A stretch of DNA of 64,000 nt from Octopus bimaculoides (taxonomy: Eukaryota). Position 1 is the stretch's first letter. Each line of letters starts with the position of its first letter. Under the pieces are notes generated by a model. It worked only from the letters and a program-made list of their open reading frames with translations. It was not told where the DNA came from and did no database searches. The position numbers were made by a program, and so were the translations under genes. Positions 24,340-37,182 of this stretch are shown one piece after another. The stretch spans positions 34,087,142-34,151,141 of the forward strand of contig NC_069005.1 of the NCBI RefSeq assembly GCF_001194135.2. The letters run 5' to 3'.

Positions 24340-24690
24340 ATGGTTGCCAATAATACAAACTAAATACATTGTACATTAGATAGTGTAACCCTAGATAAAC
24401 TGTTTCTGAAATAAAAGAGAAGATAGTCACGATCGATTGAAATATCTTTGATTCAATGTCCACTGGATCATAACTGACCTAGGGCTAAAAGACAATATAG
24501 AAGGACACATTACGTAATGTAACCCAAGGTACACTATGTTTAAAATATCGACCGAGTGGTCACGGATGTGTCAACTTTGATTAAACGTCTACTGAGTCAT
24601 CACTGACCTGGGGCGAAACAATATAGAAGGATACATTAGATAAGATAGTCCAAGATACACCATGACCTGTGGCTAAACAACATAAGAAAA
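24340..24690 (+). repeat. Family D sequence arranged as degenerate tandem units
   Basis: TGACCT(A/G/T)GGGC(T/G)AAA at about 24475, 24603 and 24663. The first two are followed by CAATATAGAAGGA(C/T)ACATTA. Confidence 0.7.
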
Positions 24691-25194
24691 GCAGCGATAT
24701 GCAACGATTCGGATTCATCATTAATCTCTCCTATCCTCCGANNNNNNNNNNNNNNNNNNNNNNNNNNNNNNNNNNNNNNNNNNNNNNNNNNNNNNNNNNN
24801 NNNNNNNNNNNNNNNNNNNNNNNNNNNNNNNNNNNNNNNNNNNNNNNNNNNNNNNNNNNNNNNNNNNNNNNNNNNCGCCGCCACCGCCGCCGCCTCCGCC
24901 ACCGGCCTCTACCTACAACCAGATATAACAAAGAAACAAACAACAATATAACCCCCCCCCCCACGAAAATATAATCTTCTTTTATGTTTGATGTATGAGA
25001 CAAAGAAAGTAAGAAAAAGAAAGAAAGAAAAAACCAAAAATGGATAAAAACAGGTAAAAACACAGCAAAACTGAAAACAAAGGACGACATTGTGTGAAAT
25101 ATCAATCATTTTGACAACAACAACAACAACAACAACAACAACCACAGCGGTAGCAGTAATAACAGCAATAAGGACAAGGGCACCGATAAGGAAA

Positions 25195-25321
25195 CCGGCA
25201 TCATCATCATCATAATCATCATCATCGACTCAGCATCACTGCCTGAAATGATAGACACCCCTCATCATCTTCATCATCGTCGTAGCCACCGTCATGGTCA
25301 TCATCATCATCATCATAGTTG

Positions 25322-25394
<73 letters not shown>

Positions 25395-25575
25395 CAGTAA
25401 CAGCAGCAGCAGCAGCAGCAGTAACAAAAGGTGCGGTAACAACGACTGCAACAATAACACAAAGGCCAGCAATGATAGCAGCGTAGCCATCTTCATGGCC
25501 CCTCCGCCTGCTTACTCCTCCTAATCATCATCATCATCATCATCATTATCAACAACAACAACAAAAGCAACAAAA
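25195..25575. repeat. (CAT)n/(CAG)n/(CAA)n compound microsatellite
   Basis: Read directly from the sequence. Confidence 0.95.
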
Positions 25576-25973
25576 GCGAAATGCCAAAATAGAATCAGTC
25601 CCAACCGCCATATTGGATCATCCACAGAACCAAGAACGATACTAGAACACAGTAGTCGGCAGAACGTTAGGAGCAAAATGTTCATTATTCGAGAGATTCA
25701 TTCTAATTACTGCAAAACTGTACAGTAATTGTTGTCTCTAATGCAATCGATCGAACAAGGTTTTTCTTTTAATTAAAATCAAGACAATTAGCATAAATCA
25801 AATCTGTCGGTTTGACCGTTACGTCGGTTTGACTTTTGTCTTCTTCTTCTTTACAGCTTAACTATCATTGCATCCCATACTACCTATCTTCTCCCACTCA
25901 CGCTTTACCTTTCTCTGTCCCGCATTCTCCCTCTCTTTCCCACTCTCTCTATACATAATATATATATACATAG

Positions 25974-26016
<43 letters not shown>

Positions 26017-26418
26017 CTATTTCTAAATGTATCAATCTGTTTCCTTATCTCTTTATCTATGTATCTATCAAAAGCACACACACACACATAGACACATATG
26101 TATATGNNNNNNNNNNNNNNNNNNNNNNNNNNNNNNNNNNNNNNNNNNNNNNNNNNNNNNNNNNNNNNNNNNNNNNNNNNNNNNNNNNNNNNNNNNNNNN
26201 NNNNNNNNNNNNNNNNNNNNNNNNNNNNNNNNNNNNNNNNNNNNNNNNNNNNNNNNNNNNNNNNNNNNNNNNNNNNNNNNNNNNNNNNNNNNNNNNNNNN
26301 NNNNNNNNNNNNNNNNNNNNNNNNNNNNNNNNNNNNNNNNNNNNNNNNNNNNNNNNNNNNNNNNNNNNNNNNNNNNNNNNNNNNNNNNNNNNNNNNNNNN
26401 NNNNNNNNNNNNNNNNNN

Positions 26419-26453
<35 letters not shown>

Positions 26454-26818
26454 TCCCGTTACACACACAAGACTATTTTCTCTGAAGGAATCTTGCACGA
26501 AGATTTAAAACATGCACACGTTATATGACGTATGCTGTTGCGGATGAACTCACGCATACGACACACATACACACACCAGCATATAAATATGTATGCGTGT
26601 ATGTGTGCGTGCGTGAGCTTGTGTGTTTATGTGTGGGCATCTTTGTGTTGGCGTGTGTGTGTGTGTGTGTGTGTGAGTGTGTAGGCGTCTGCGTATGCAA
26701 TGCTTGTGTCTACTTTTCTACGTGTGGCCCTTTAAGGCATTCTTTTGATGCAATTCTTTTAGCTGTCTATATTGTTCCAGCTTGATTCACAAACATTCTC
26801 CTGTCATATGTGTGCGTA

Positions 26819-26819
<1 letters not shown>

Positions 26820-26852
<33 letters not shown>

Positions 26853-26915
26853 CCTACCTATCAATCTATTTATCATTCTATCTATCAATCTATTTATCTA
26901 TCTATCTATCTATCA

Positions 26916-26958
<43 letters not shown>

Positions 26959-26959
26959 A

Positions 26960-27009
<50 letters not shown>

Positions 27010-27010
27010 A
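26820..27010. repeat. (TATC)n / GATA-type tetranucleotide array
   Basis: Read directly; similar arrays at 27525-27555, 42120-42220 and 51910-51962. Confidence 0.95.
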
Positions 27011-27522
27011 GATATGTGTATGTACGTAAGTATGTATGTATTCTCATCCAAAATGGAGTCGAGTACCAACGTTCCATGCGGCAGACTTGATAATTGTTGT
27101 AGATATACAACGTCTAATTTTTTAAAATATACATACAATTGTAGTGTCGTTTTGGAAGTAAACAATCTAGTACACCACAGATTTTCATAACTATTTAAAT
27201 TAGTTGCTTACAGGTATTCCCTGATGAAGATCACAGAAGTGTAGATACTAGCCAAATCCAAATCAATGCCATTTCTTCATGTCCACTGAGAGAAGAGACT
27301 TGTGGTTGAATCGATTTGTTTGCTTTTTCTCCCGTCAGCAATGTTAACTTTATAAGTACAGGTGTCTTATTTTATAACCTCCGGTTCAATTATTTCTCTG
27401 ACTCTCTAAACTTTATTTTTTCTTCCTCCGCCTTCCCCTCCCATCTCTCTCACTACCTTGTCTCCTTCTCTCATCTATTTTCTCTTCCTTACAACCTCCT
27501 TTCGACACAAACATTGTGTCCG

Positions 27523-27553
<31 letters not shown>

Positions 27554-27562
27554 GTCTGTCCA

Positions 27563-27644
<82 letters not shown>

Positions 27645-28029
27645 GTTGCTGTAGGTTCCCTATCAATTGCTGCCATTCGATCTAGTATGGAGGATTTAAA
27701 ACTCTTCTGCCTTCAATATATTTTCCTTTTCATCATATACATTATGCGAATTTGATGCTGGGGGTACGGTAAGAAAGATATGGTTGGATAACATCTATAA
27801 TCTTAGTTGGTGACGCCTGGGAAAACAGCCAGAAGGTGTAATAAAAGTTGCTTTCGACATTATCCTATGGATGAGGGGCATTAGGACTCTATCCTCAAGA
27901 CCTTGCTAGGAATAAGGGGCAGAGAAAATGGTTGGGTCCATGGAAATATGCATATTATCATACGTGAATATTAATTACATTATATACATATACGTGTCTG
28001 TGGTGTACTCAGCCATTTGCACGTTCAAG

Positions 28030-28100
28030 TCACGAGCAGGCTGTTCCGTTGATCAGATCAACTGGAACCCTCCTCGTCGTAACCGACGGAGTGCCACGAT
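28030..28100 (+). mobile_element. 3' end of another SINE-like family
   Basis: CAGGCTGTTCCGTTGATCAGATCAACTGGAACCCTCCTCGTCGTAACCGACGGAGTGCCA is recalled as a common octopus repeat terminus. There is only one copy in this window. Confidence 0.5.
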
Positions 28101-29044
28101 ATATACATACATACATACATACACACATATATATATATATATATACACACACACATACATATACATATATACACACATATATATATATATACATATATAT
28201 ACGTATATATATACATATATATATATANNNNNNNNNNNNNNNNNNNNNNNNNNNNNNNNNNNNNNNNNNNNNNNNNNNNNNNNNNNNNNNNNNNNNNNNN
28301 NNNNNNNNNNNNNNNNNNNNNNNNNNNNNNNNNNNNNNNNNNNNNNNNNNNNNNNNNNNNNNNNNNNNNNNNNNNNNNNNNNNNNNNNNNNNNNNNNNNN
28401 NNNNNNNNNNNNNNNNNNNNNNNNNNNNNNNNNNNNNNNNNNNNNNNNNNNNNNNNNNNNNNNNNNNNNNNNNNNNNNNNNNNNNNNNNNNNNNNNNNNN
28501 NNNNNNNNNNNNNNNNNNNNNNNNNNNNNNNNNNNNNNNNNNNNNNNNNNNNNNNNNNNNNNNNNNNNNNNNNNNNNNNNNNNNNNNNNNNNNNNNNNNN
28601 NNNNNNNNNNNNNNNNNNNNNNNNNNNNNNNNNNNNNNNNNNNNNNNNNNNNNNNNNNNNNNNNNNNNNNNNNNNNNNNNNNNNNNNNNNNNNNNNNNNN
28701 NNNNNNNNNNNNNNNNNNNNNNNNNNNNNNNNNNNNNNNNNNNTTAGATGAGGTAACAGAAGGGAGATGTTGACGGGGGTTCGGGAGCGGGTGGCGATAC
28801 ACAGTCAGGCAAAGCCATTATACCACCACCACTACCACCACCACCACCACCACCACCAATAACAACAACAACGTCACAATGAAGCCCAAACTAATGCCAT
28901 CACCATCTTCCTTATCATCAGCATCACCACACCAGAATCACCGCCATCACCGTTACCACCTGGACCACCACTACTGCCACCCCCAACGTTACTTCTGCCA
29001 TTCAACACAACCAATCCGACTCAATGATGGAATTCTTCGGTGTT

Positions 29045-29225
29045 CGCTCGATTGGTTAGAAATAGCAGCCAATTTGTCCTCAAACCACACCCTGTTGTCT
29101 CAAGAGATGGGCCTTTGGGACAATGCGGAACAAAGTTTCGGTATAGAAGATAATGAAGGGATGGTCAGGGATGGGTTTCTTTCAATCATATATGCGCTTA
29201 ATCAATGCAGAACTGGGGTTGAGGA
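29045..29225 (+). mobile_element. Decayed family D copy
   Basis: GGTTAGAAATAGCAGCCAATTTGTCCTCAAACCACACCCT...GATGGTCAGGGATGG...ACTGGGG carries both head and tail motifs. Confidence 0.65.
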
Positions 29226-30117
29226 ATAACATTATCACCACCACCATCACCAGCACGATGTGGTTATGTTCATCTTGGACTACGTTAAATTGAGGTCAGC
29301 GAAGATAAGCACGGACAGGTGGGACATCACCTTCAATTAACACTGATTGTTATTGGGGTTTTTTTGTGTTTGATGTTGCTGTGGTGGTGGTAGTGGTGAT
29401 GATGGTGATGGTGTTGGTGGTGGTGGTGGCGGCGGCAGAGGAATTTGGTGGCGGCGGCGGCAATGACGGTGGTAGGTATTACAGCGTCTGTGTGTGCTTT
29501 AGGTATCCAGATGACTGAAATATCTGTTCCATGATGTAATCTCTTGGTAATGAATGATTTGAGATCGAATTCGCTGCTCTTTCTAATTGGTCATATTAGA
29601 CCGTCGTCCAACGCTGGTCAAATAGACACAATATATAGTCAAACGTTTCCCATACTATCTAGATTAATCTGGATTAATCTGGATTAAGGAAGTAAAGAGG
29701 AAACTTCAGAGGATGTCAAGCGTGAAAATACACGATTTGCTGAATTGTTCTATAAGGAAATATGGCCATCTGTAGGTATACCAGAAGGGAACACCACCAC
29801 CACCACCACCACACAGGGACCCAAACATCAAGACGGTATCTGGTACAATTTAAAAGCCGATATCCACCTTGGAATATAGTTTCAGGACAACTTGACGATG
29901 CGAATTTCTTCAGAAATAAGAGACAGCAACAGTTGGACAATAACCGAAAATAATTGTGTGTGTGCGTGTGTGTGTGTGTGTGTATGTGTGTGTGTGTGTG
30001 TGTGTGTGTACGTGTGTGTCTGTCTGTGTTTGTGTCTGTGTGTGTGCATGTGTATAAATGTGTGCATAAGTGTACGTAAGTGTGTATGTGCGTGTATGTA
30101 TGGATATGTTTGTATAT

Positions 30118-30161
<44 letters not shown>

Positions 30162-30951
30162 NNNNNNNNNNNNNNNNNNNNNNNNNNNNNNNNNNNNNNN
30201 NNNNNNNNNNNNNNNNNNNNNNNNNNNNNNNNNNNNNNNNNNNNNNNNNNNNNNNNNNNNNNNNNNNNNNNNNNNNNNNNNNNNNNNNNNNNNNNNNNNN
30301 NNNNNNNNNNNNNNNNNNNNNNNNNNNNNNNNNNNNNNNNNNNNNNNNNNNNNNNNNNNNNNNNNNNNNNNNNNNNNNNNNNNNNNNNNNNNNNNNNNNN
30401 NNNNNNNNNNNNNNNNNNNNNNNNNNNNNNNNNNNNNNNNNNNNNNNNNNNNNNNNNNNNNNNNNNNNNNNNNNNNNNNNNNNNNNNNNNNNNNNNNNNN
30501 NNNNNNNNNNNNNNNNNNNNNNNNNNNNNNNNNNNNNNNNNNNNNNNNNNNNNNNNNNATACATACATATACATATATATATGTATGTATATATGTATGT
30601 ATGTATATATATGTATATTATATATATGTGTGTGTGTGTATGTATATATATATATGTATATGTGTATGTATATATATATATATATGTATATATTTCCATA
30701 TGTATATGTATATGTGTATATGTGTATATATGTATATGTATATATATATATGTATATATATGTATGTATATATATATATGTACATATATACAGATGTACA
30801 CCATACATCTAAGTACTTGTATATATGAGTATATGCATAGACGTATATATTTGTGTATGCTTCTTTTTCAATATTATGTAATAAGTACTCAATACTGTAA
30901 AACAGGGTGGAACTGCATTTATTAAAAGACGCGTTTGTATGGTTTGCTACC

Positions 30952-30983
<32 letters not shown>

Positions 30984-32414
30984 ACCACACACACACAAAC
31001 ACACACAGAAAAACATGCAAACACACTCAGAATATGTATAAGTAAAAACTGTAAAATTGTATAGAGTGCGGTGGTCACAGGAACGTTTTCTCTGTATGTG
31101 TGTGCGTGTGTGTGTGTGTGTGTCTGTATGTGTGTGTGTGTGGAAACCGTGTGAGGATCTGTCTGTGTGTCTGATTACCTGTCTGCTTGTCTATCTGTAG
31201 GTCAGTCAGTCAGTCAGTCAGTCTCTATCAATCATCTGCATCATTTAACTTAATTCCTCTACCGTTATATTGCCATTACTCAGTGTCCCAGTGCCACTTT
31301 TTTCCAATCTCCAATCTCTTCTTTTAAATTCTTCAATCTGATTCCAACACACACACACACTATCTCTCTCTCCTCTCTCGCTTCCCCCCTCGCTCCCCCA
31401 CTCTCTTTCTTTCACCCACCAATGTTCCAATGCTCCATTTACGCCACATTACTTTCGATCTCTGGTACCTCCATTACAAAATACAGTCTCTCCCTTACCC
31501 TCTCTCTCCCTCCCTCCCTCTCTCCCTCTCTTCCTCTCTCCGATCTCTCCCGCTCTCTCAGACATTCTCCCTCTCCCTCAACGCACACACATACACTACA
31601 AATGAACACGCATATCCACATATTCAAATGTGGATNNNNNNNNNNNNNNNNNNNNNNNNNNNNNNNNNNNNNNNNNNNNNNNNNNNNNNNNNNNNNNNNN
31701 NNNNNNNNNNNNNNNNNNNNNNNNNNNNNNNNNNNNNNNNNNNNNNNNNNNNNNNNNNNNNNNNNNNNNNNNNNNNNNNNNNNNNNNNNNNNNNNNNNNN
31801 NNNNNNNNNNNNNNNNNNNNNNNNNNNNNNNNNNNNNNNNNNNNNNNNNNNNNNNNNNNNNNNNNNNNNNNNNNNNNNNNNNNNNNNNNNNNNNNNNNNN
31901 NNNNNNNNNNNNNNNNNNNNNNNNNNNNNNNNATATATATGTACATACATACATACATACATAAATACATACATATATAAATACATACATATATAGTCAG
32001 ATAGATAGATAGATAGATATATAGATAGATAGATAGATATATAGGGAGAGAGGTACAGACAGAGGTGGGGCAGAGGCACTGAGGGAGAGCGGGCGAGAGA
32101 GAAAGAGAGAGAGACAGGGAGACAAAGAGACAGAGTAGTCAAAGAAACAGAGACGGAGAGCGGGAGAGAGAGAATAGCACAGAGAGAGAGAAAAGGAGAG
32201 AGAGAGAGAGACTGAAGCTATAATTAAAGGAACCAATCTTGGTACACAGACGTCATTAAAATCAATCTCTGACGTTGATGTGAAATACACAAATGTCTAA
32301 GGACCTACGTATACTCAGCCACTTACAGTATTATTCATTGATTTCGTTGTTCTCATGAGCAGGCAAGTAGAAAACTCATCATCGAAGCCTGCACCACATC
32401 AGTTTACTTCTTAC

Positions 32415-32503
32415 TTCGATCGTAAACTCATCAAATAAACGTCCTTCAACGGAAGGGCGCCATGCTGGATTAACAGAGACGGCTAGTTCTAACGAGAACA
32501 GCT
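32415..32503 (-). other. Candidate internal coding exon (89 nt), product unknown
   Basis: ctgattgttttcag|AG...GAA|gtaaga. One frame is open: (x)LFSLELAVSVNPAWRPSVEGRLFDEFTIE. The segment is non-repetitive and relatively GC-rich. Confidence 0.3.
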
Positions 32504-32539
32504 CTGAAAACAATCAGTTTTGGGGTTTATAGAAAATAT

Positions 32540-32690
32540 TGCTTTCAAATTTTGGCACAAAGCCAGCAAGTTTGAGGAGGGGGTAAGTCGATCACATCGA
32601 CCCGAGGATTCAACCGGTACTTCATTTATCGATCTCGGAAGGATGAAAGTCAGATTTGACCTTGACGGGATTTGATCTTAGGACGTAACG
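32540..32690 (-). mobile_element. SINE family B, 3' part
   Basis: GGCACAAAGCC...AGTCGATCACATCGACCC...GGTACTTCATTTATCGATCTCGGAAGGATGAAAG aligns to 12265-12365. Confidence 0.85.
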
Positions 32691-33069
32691 ATAACAGTAC
32701 CAGCACCGAGCAGTGATTATTCCTAAGGGAGCATCAGGACTGAGCTCAAATATTCCGGGCGAGTTTTTCCTGAGGAGATAAAATTAAGTCGAAACGCTAG
32801 TGCCAGGAGATCGACCGACGACATTCTGAACATGTTGTGGGTTTTTAACGCACATGGCCGTTACAGCACCGTTTTATGTTAGCATATATTTTACAAACGC
32901 TACCCACTTTGTCATTATACAAACACACACACACACATACATAAATATACACTTTCCACACATACACACACTGTCTTCTTTCCTTTCTTCACTTCTGAAA
33001 TATTCTAGTCCGAAACATTCGTCTCTCTGCTAACACAGCATACAGACACACCAACATACACCTATATGA

Positions 33070-33103
<34 letters not shown>

Positions 33104-33446
33104 ACACGCACGCACACGACTTCTGGCTTGATCTGTCAGAATATTTACGTAAACAGCATATCACTTGCCTTTAATGATTGATGGTGATTTTCTGCCGGGA
33201 GACTGCTAGGTTAGCTGTGGACAGAATATTGTATTACATGATACGAACATAGAATTAGAAGATTTTGGCTTGTATTATCTGGGTGTGAATGAGGTGGAGA
33301 CCCGGATGATAGACGACCGCAGCTGAAGGGACGGTGGGGCCTGGCGAACAGCCTGTTCAGGTGCGAGACTATATTCATAAAACTGCATTGAAACCAATAT
33401 TTAGCGGCGTAAAAGAGTTTAGAAGACGGCCATTCCCAGTTGAAAG

Positions 33447-33527
33447 CTGAACTCAAAACATAGAGACAGACGAAATACCACTAAGCATTTCGCCCGGCGT
33501 GCTAACGGTTCTGCCAGCTCGTCGCTG
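33447..33527 (-). mobile_element. SINE family B head only
   Basis: GACGAAATACCACTAAGCATTTCGCCCGGCGTGCTAACGGTTCTGCCAGCTCG aligns to 12408-12460. Confidence 0.85.
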
Positions 33528-33559
33528 CGTTCTTGGTCAGGTTGTTAACAGGGACAAGG

Positions 33560-34038
33560 ATTTTGTCACGTGGTGGTGGTGGTGGTGGTGCCAGTGATGG
33601 TGGGAGTGGTGATGTTTCTGATGACATTAATTGTAGCAGCAGCAGCAGTAGTAGTAGTGGTAGTTGGTGGTAGAAAGTGTTCTGTGAGTGCTGATAGCTG
33701 ATGGCCGATGGTGGTGGAGGGTGACGATTGAGGTGGTGGCGGTGATGGCGATAGCAAAGAAGATAGCTTTCAAGATGATGTGAACGATAATGGATATGAT
33801 GATGATGATGATGATGATGATTAATGTGTGGGGGGGCGTAGAGATGGCGGTGATGTTGGTGTTGGTGAAAGCAATGAAGATGTTTTCAACATGATGTGAA
33901 TGATAATGGTGATAATGATGATGAGGAGGAGGAGGAGGAAAAAGAGGAGGTGGATGGGGGACGCTGGTGGTGAGGTGGTGGTAGTGGTGTTAGTGATAGC
34001 AATGAAGATGATTTCCGGGATGATGTGAACGATAATGG

Positions 34039-34082
<44 letters not shown>

Positions 34083-34604
34083 GTGATAGCTGTGGTAGTG
34101 GTGGTGTTGGTGGTGGTGGTAGTGTTTGTAGGGCTGCGCTGAAATCGATACAAATCGATGGCAGCGCCATAAAGACAATCTATAAATGTCTTGGGAGATT
34201 ACAAGACTGGGAAATCGTTAGATCCTTTGTTGCAATCACAGACAGAAGGAATGGTTTTAGGAATTTGAGGTAAGACAAGAGGATAATGACTGAAAGGCAC
34301 CGATGTTGGCGGGGATGGAGGGGGCGTAGAGGGTAGCGGGGATGAAGGGGTGGCGTGAGGAGCGGAGTGAGCGTGAGGGAGGGGAAATGGGGGGAGGGGC
34401 TTGGCAGCGTGGTCAAACATCAGGGCTCAGAAAAAGCGTGATGATAAATGTTGATAATGATGATGATGATGATGATGACGACTATGATGATGATGATGAG
34501 ATGATGATGATGATGATAATGATGATGATATTGGGATATGGGTGATGGTGGGAGTGATGGCGATGAAGATAATTCTGAAAATGGTGAGAGCCATGGCGAC
34601 GATG

Positions 34605-34652
<48 letters not shown>

Positions 34653-34781
34653 TGTTGATGATGATGGTGATGATGATGATTAAGATAAAGGTGATGACAG
34701 TAGCAATTAAAGTGATGATGATGATTGATGATTGATAGTAATACTAATTATAATTATTATAAGAACAGTAATAACATCAAC

Positions 34782-34839
<58 letters not shown>

Positions 34840-34852
34840 TGATGATGACGAC

Positions 34853-34903
<51 letters not shown>

Positions 34904-35420
34904 ACTGATGATGATGATGATGATGATGCTGTTCTAATAATCATCGTTATTATATGAATGATTTGTAACAACCACAACGATAACAACAACAATAATTATT
35001 GTTATTAGCAATGGAGAAGGGAGACAGGAATTTGTGATGTTGTTGTCTCCGTATTATTTTGTTTCTTGCTGATGATGACGGTGATGATGATGATGGTGAT
35101 GTTCATGGTGATGATTATGATGAAGTTGATAATGAAGGTGGTGTTGGTGGTGGTCATGGTGATGATGATGATGATGATATCGGCGGTGATGGTCAGACTC
35201 TCCCGCTGCGTCCGTTTCTGCTGCAGCCGAATAGCATCTATATGTTGATATTGGTGGTGGTCAGAGGAGTTGCGGTAGAGGTGGTTGTCAGTCGTGGTGG
35301 TGACAACACTGCCAATGGTGCTGGCAGTGGTCATTGCGATTTATAAGTGTTGCGGCGATAGTATACTCTTAGCGGTGTTGGTGGAAATGGCGGCGACGAT
35401 GACAGAGATTTTTTTTTTGG
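33560..35420. repeat. About 1.9 kb of GAT/GGT/AAT/GTT trinucleotide mosaic containing a three-copy minisatellite and a G-rich block
   Basis: Read directly from the sequence. Confidence 0.9.
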
Positions 35421-36072
35421 CTTTGTGCTTTTTTTTTTGGGGCTTTGTGTTTGTCTTTTTTTGGGGGGCTCTTATCTTTCAAATGTGCCTTTTGAATTGG
35501 TTAGAAACATTAAGACAAACTTTTGTTTCTATGGCAACCAGTAATATAACCCCCTCCGTCTCCAACATCCTTATGGCCATGCCCACCACCACCAACACAT
35601 CGCCATTACATCGCGAATACTGCAGCAATCTTCATGGTCTAATTATTTCTTCAGTGGTAAACCTGCGTGTATAATATGCTTGCGCATGCATATGCGTGTA
35701 TATATGTGTGCGTATTTTTGTGTGTGCGTGTGTTTGTGTGTGTGTGTGTGTGCAGGTGTGTATAGTTTTGAATGTGAAGTATCCATGTTGATATGTTGTC
35801 ATGCAGTGGCATTTATAACAGTGTTGCTCACATATACACACGTGTGTATAAATCTGTTCGTATTTGTGTAGACAAACATAGGTTTGTATTGCCAAGTCTA
35901 TCAACATCCTTTAAACCTTTTTACGTAAAGTTTACCCCACAGGGGTCACTCGTCCTTCAAGATTTCAGAGTAGCCCTTTCCCACTCCGCCGTTGTCACTT
36001 GACCTTAGAAATTCAGCAGAAACGGAAGGTCACATTCACCTCTCAGTCATTGCTCACAAAACTCCATGAATC

Positions 36073-36130
<58 letters not shown>

Positions 36131-36957
36131 GCGAGAGAGATAATATACACACATATACATGTATTTATATCTTTATGCATATTTATACGTGTTATGTAAT
36201 ATTCGCATGTATGTATGTATATCTGTATGTATGTGTGTAGTCGTGTTGGAGATGAGAAAAAATTCCCCATTTAAGTAATATGTATTCTCATTTTCTGTTT
36301 TGAGTGTTTGCTCGTTCTCATTCTCCCGTTTCATTTGTTCTACGCACTTAAGAGATAATTTAGGTTCTTCTTTCTAAATCATCACTATAACAGGAATTAG
36401 AGGTGAGTGGAAAACATCTTGTTCGAGGCTGATACAGATTTTCGAACTAGAAATAGTTTGTCGTGACGGTAGAGTCGTTAAATGACACATACGAATGAAG
36501 ACCAGCCACAAATACCCACAAACACACAGATATCAAGACATATATACATGCATACATACATACATAAATATATACATATATATATATATATACACACACT
36601 CACATAAACACATACACACAAATACATATATGTACATACATATATATACATAGATATATCAATATATATACATTATGTACATATATATGTATATGTATGT
36701 ATGTATAAATATGTATACATGTACGTATGATTGTATTTTGGTATACAGCTGTATATGTATACACCCACCCACACGGGTATGTCCATTACACACACTTCCA
36801 GGCATTTATGGGTGGTATCAAACTTGTAAATAAGAATTTATATTCGTCTGGTTTAAATATTACCTTCTCACTCTCACACACTCTCTTTCTCTCTCTCTTT
36901 CTTCCTCTCTCTCTCTTTTTCTTCCCCCCCCACTCTCGCTCACTCATATACATGCCG

Positions 36958-37005
<48 letters not shown>

Positions 37006-37018
37006 ATATATGTGTATG

Positions 37019-37096
<78 letters not shown>

Positions 37097-37136
37097 CAAG
37101 CATATATTTACATAAACATATATACAAATATATATG

Positions 37137-37182
<46 letters not shown>

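Noticed and set aside
24470-24690. Spaced direct repeats that might suggest a CRISPR array
   Set aside because: Eukaryotic context, degenerate unequal units, spacers homologous to an interspersed repeat, and no cas genes.
27217-27310. Open frame VFPDEDHRSVDTSQIQINAISSCPLREETCG after cttacag
   Set aside because: No credible donor; the resemblance to the DPP-family PDEDH motif is only five residues.
27730-27940. RTE-like peptides (RKIWLDNI), with a similar case at 33250-33370
   Set aside because: Only short motif resemblance, with no supporting upstream domain.
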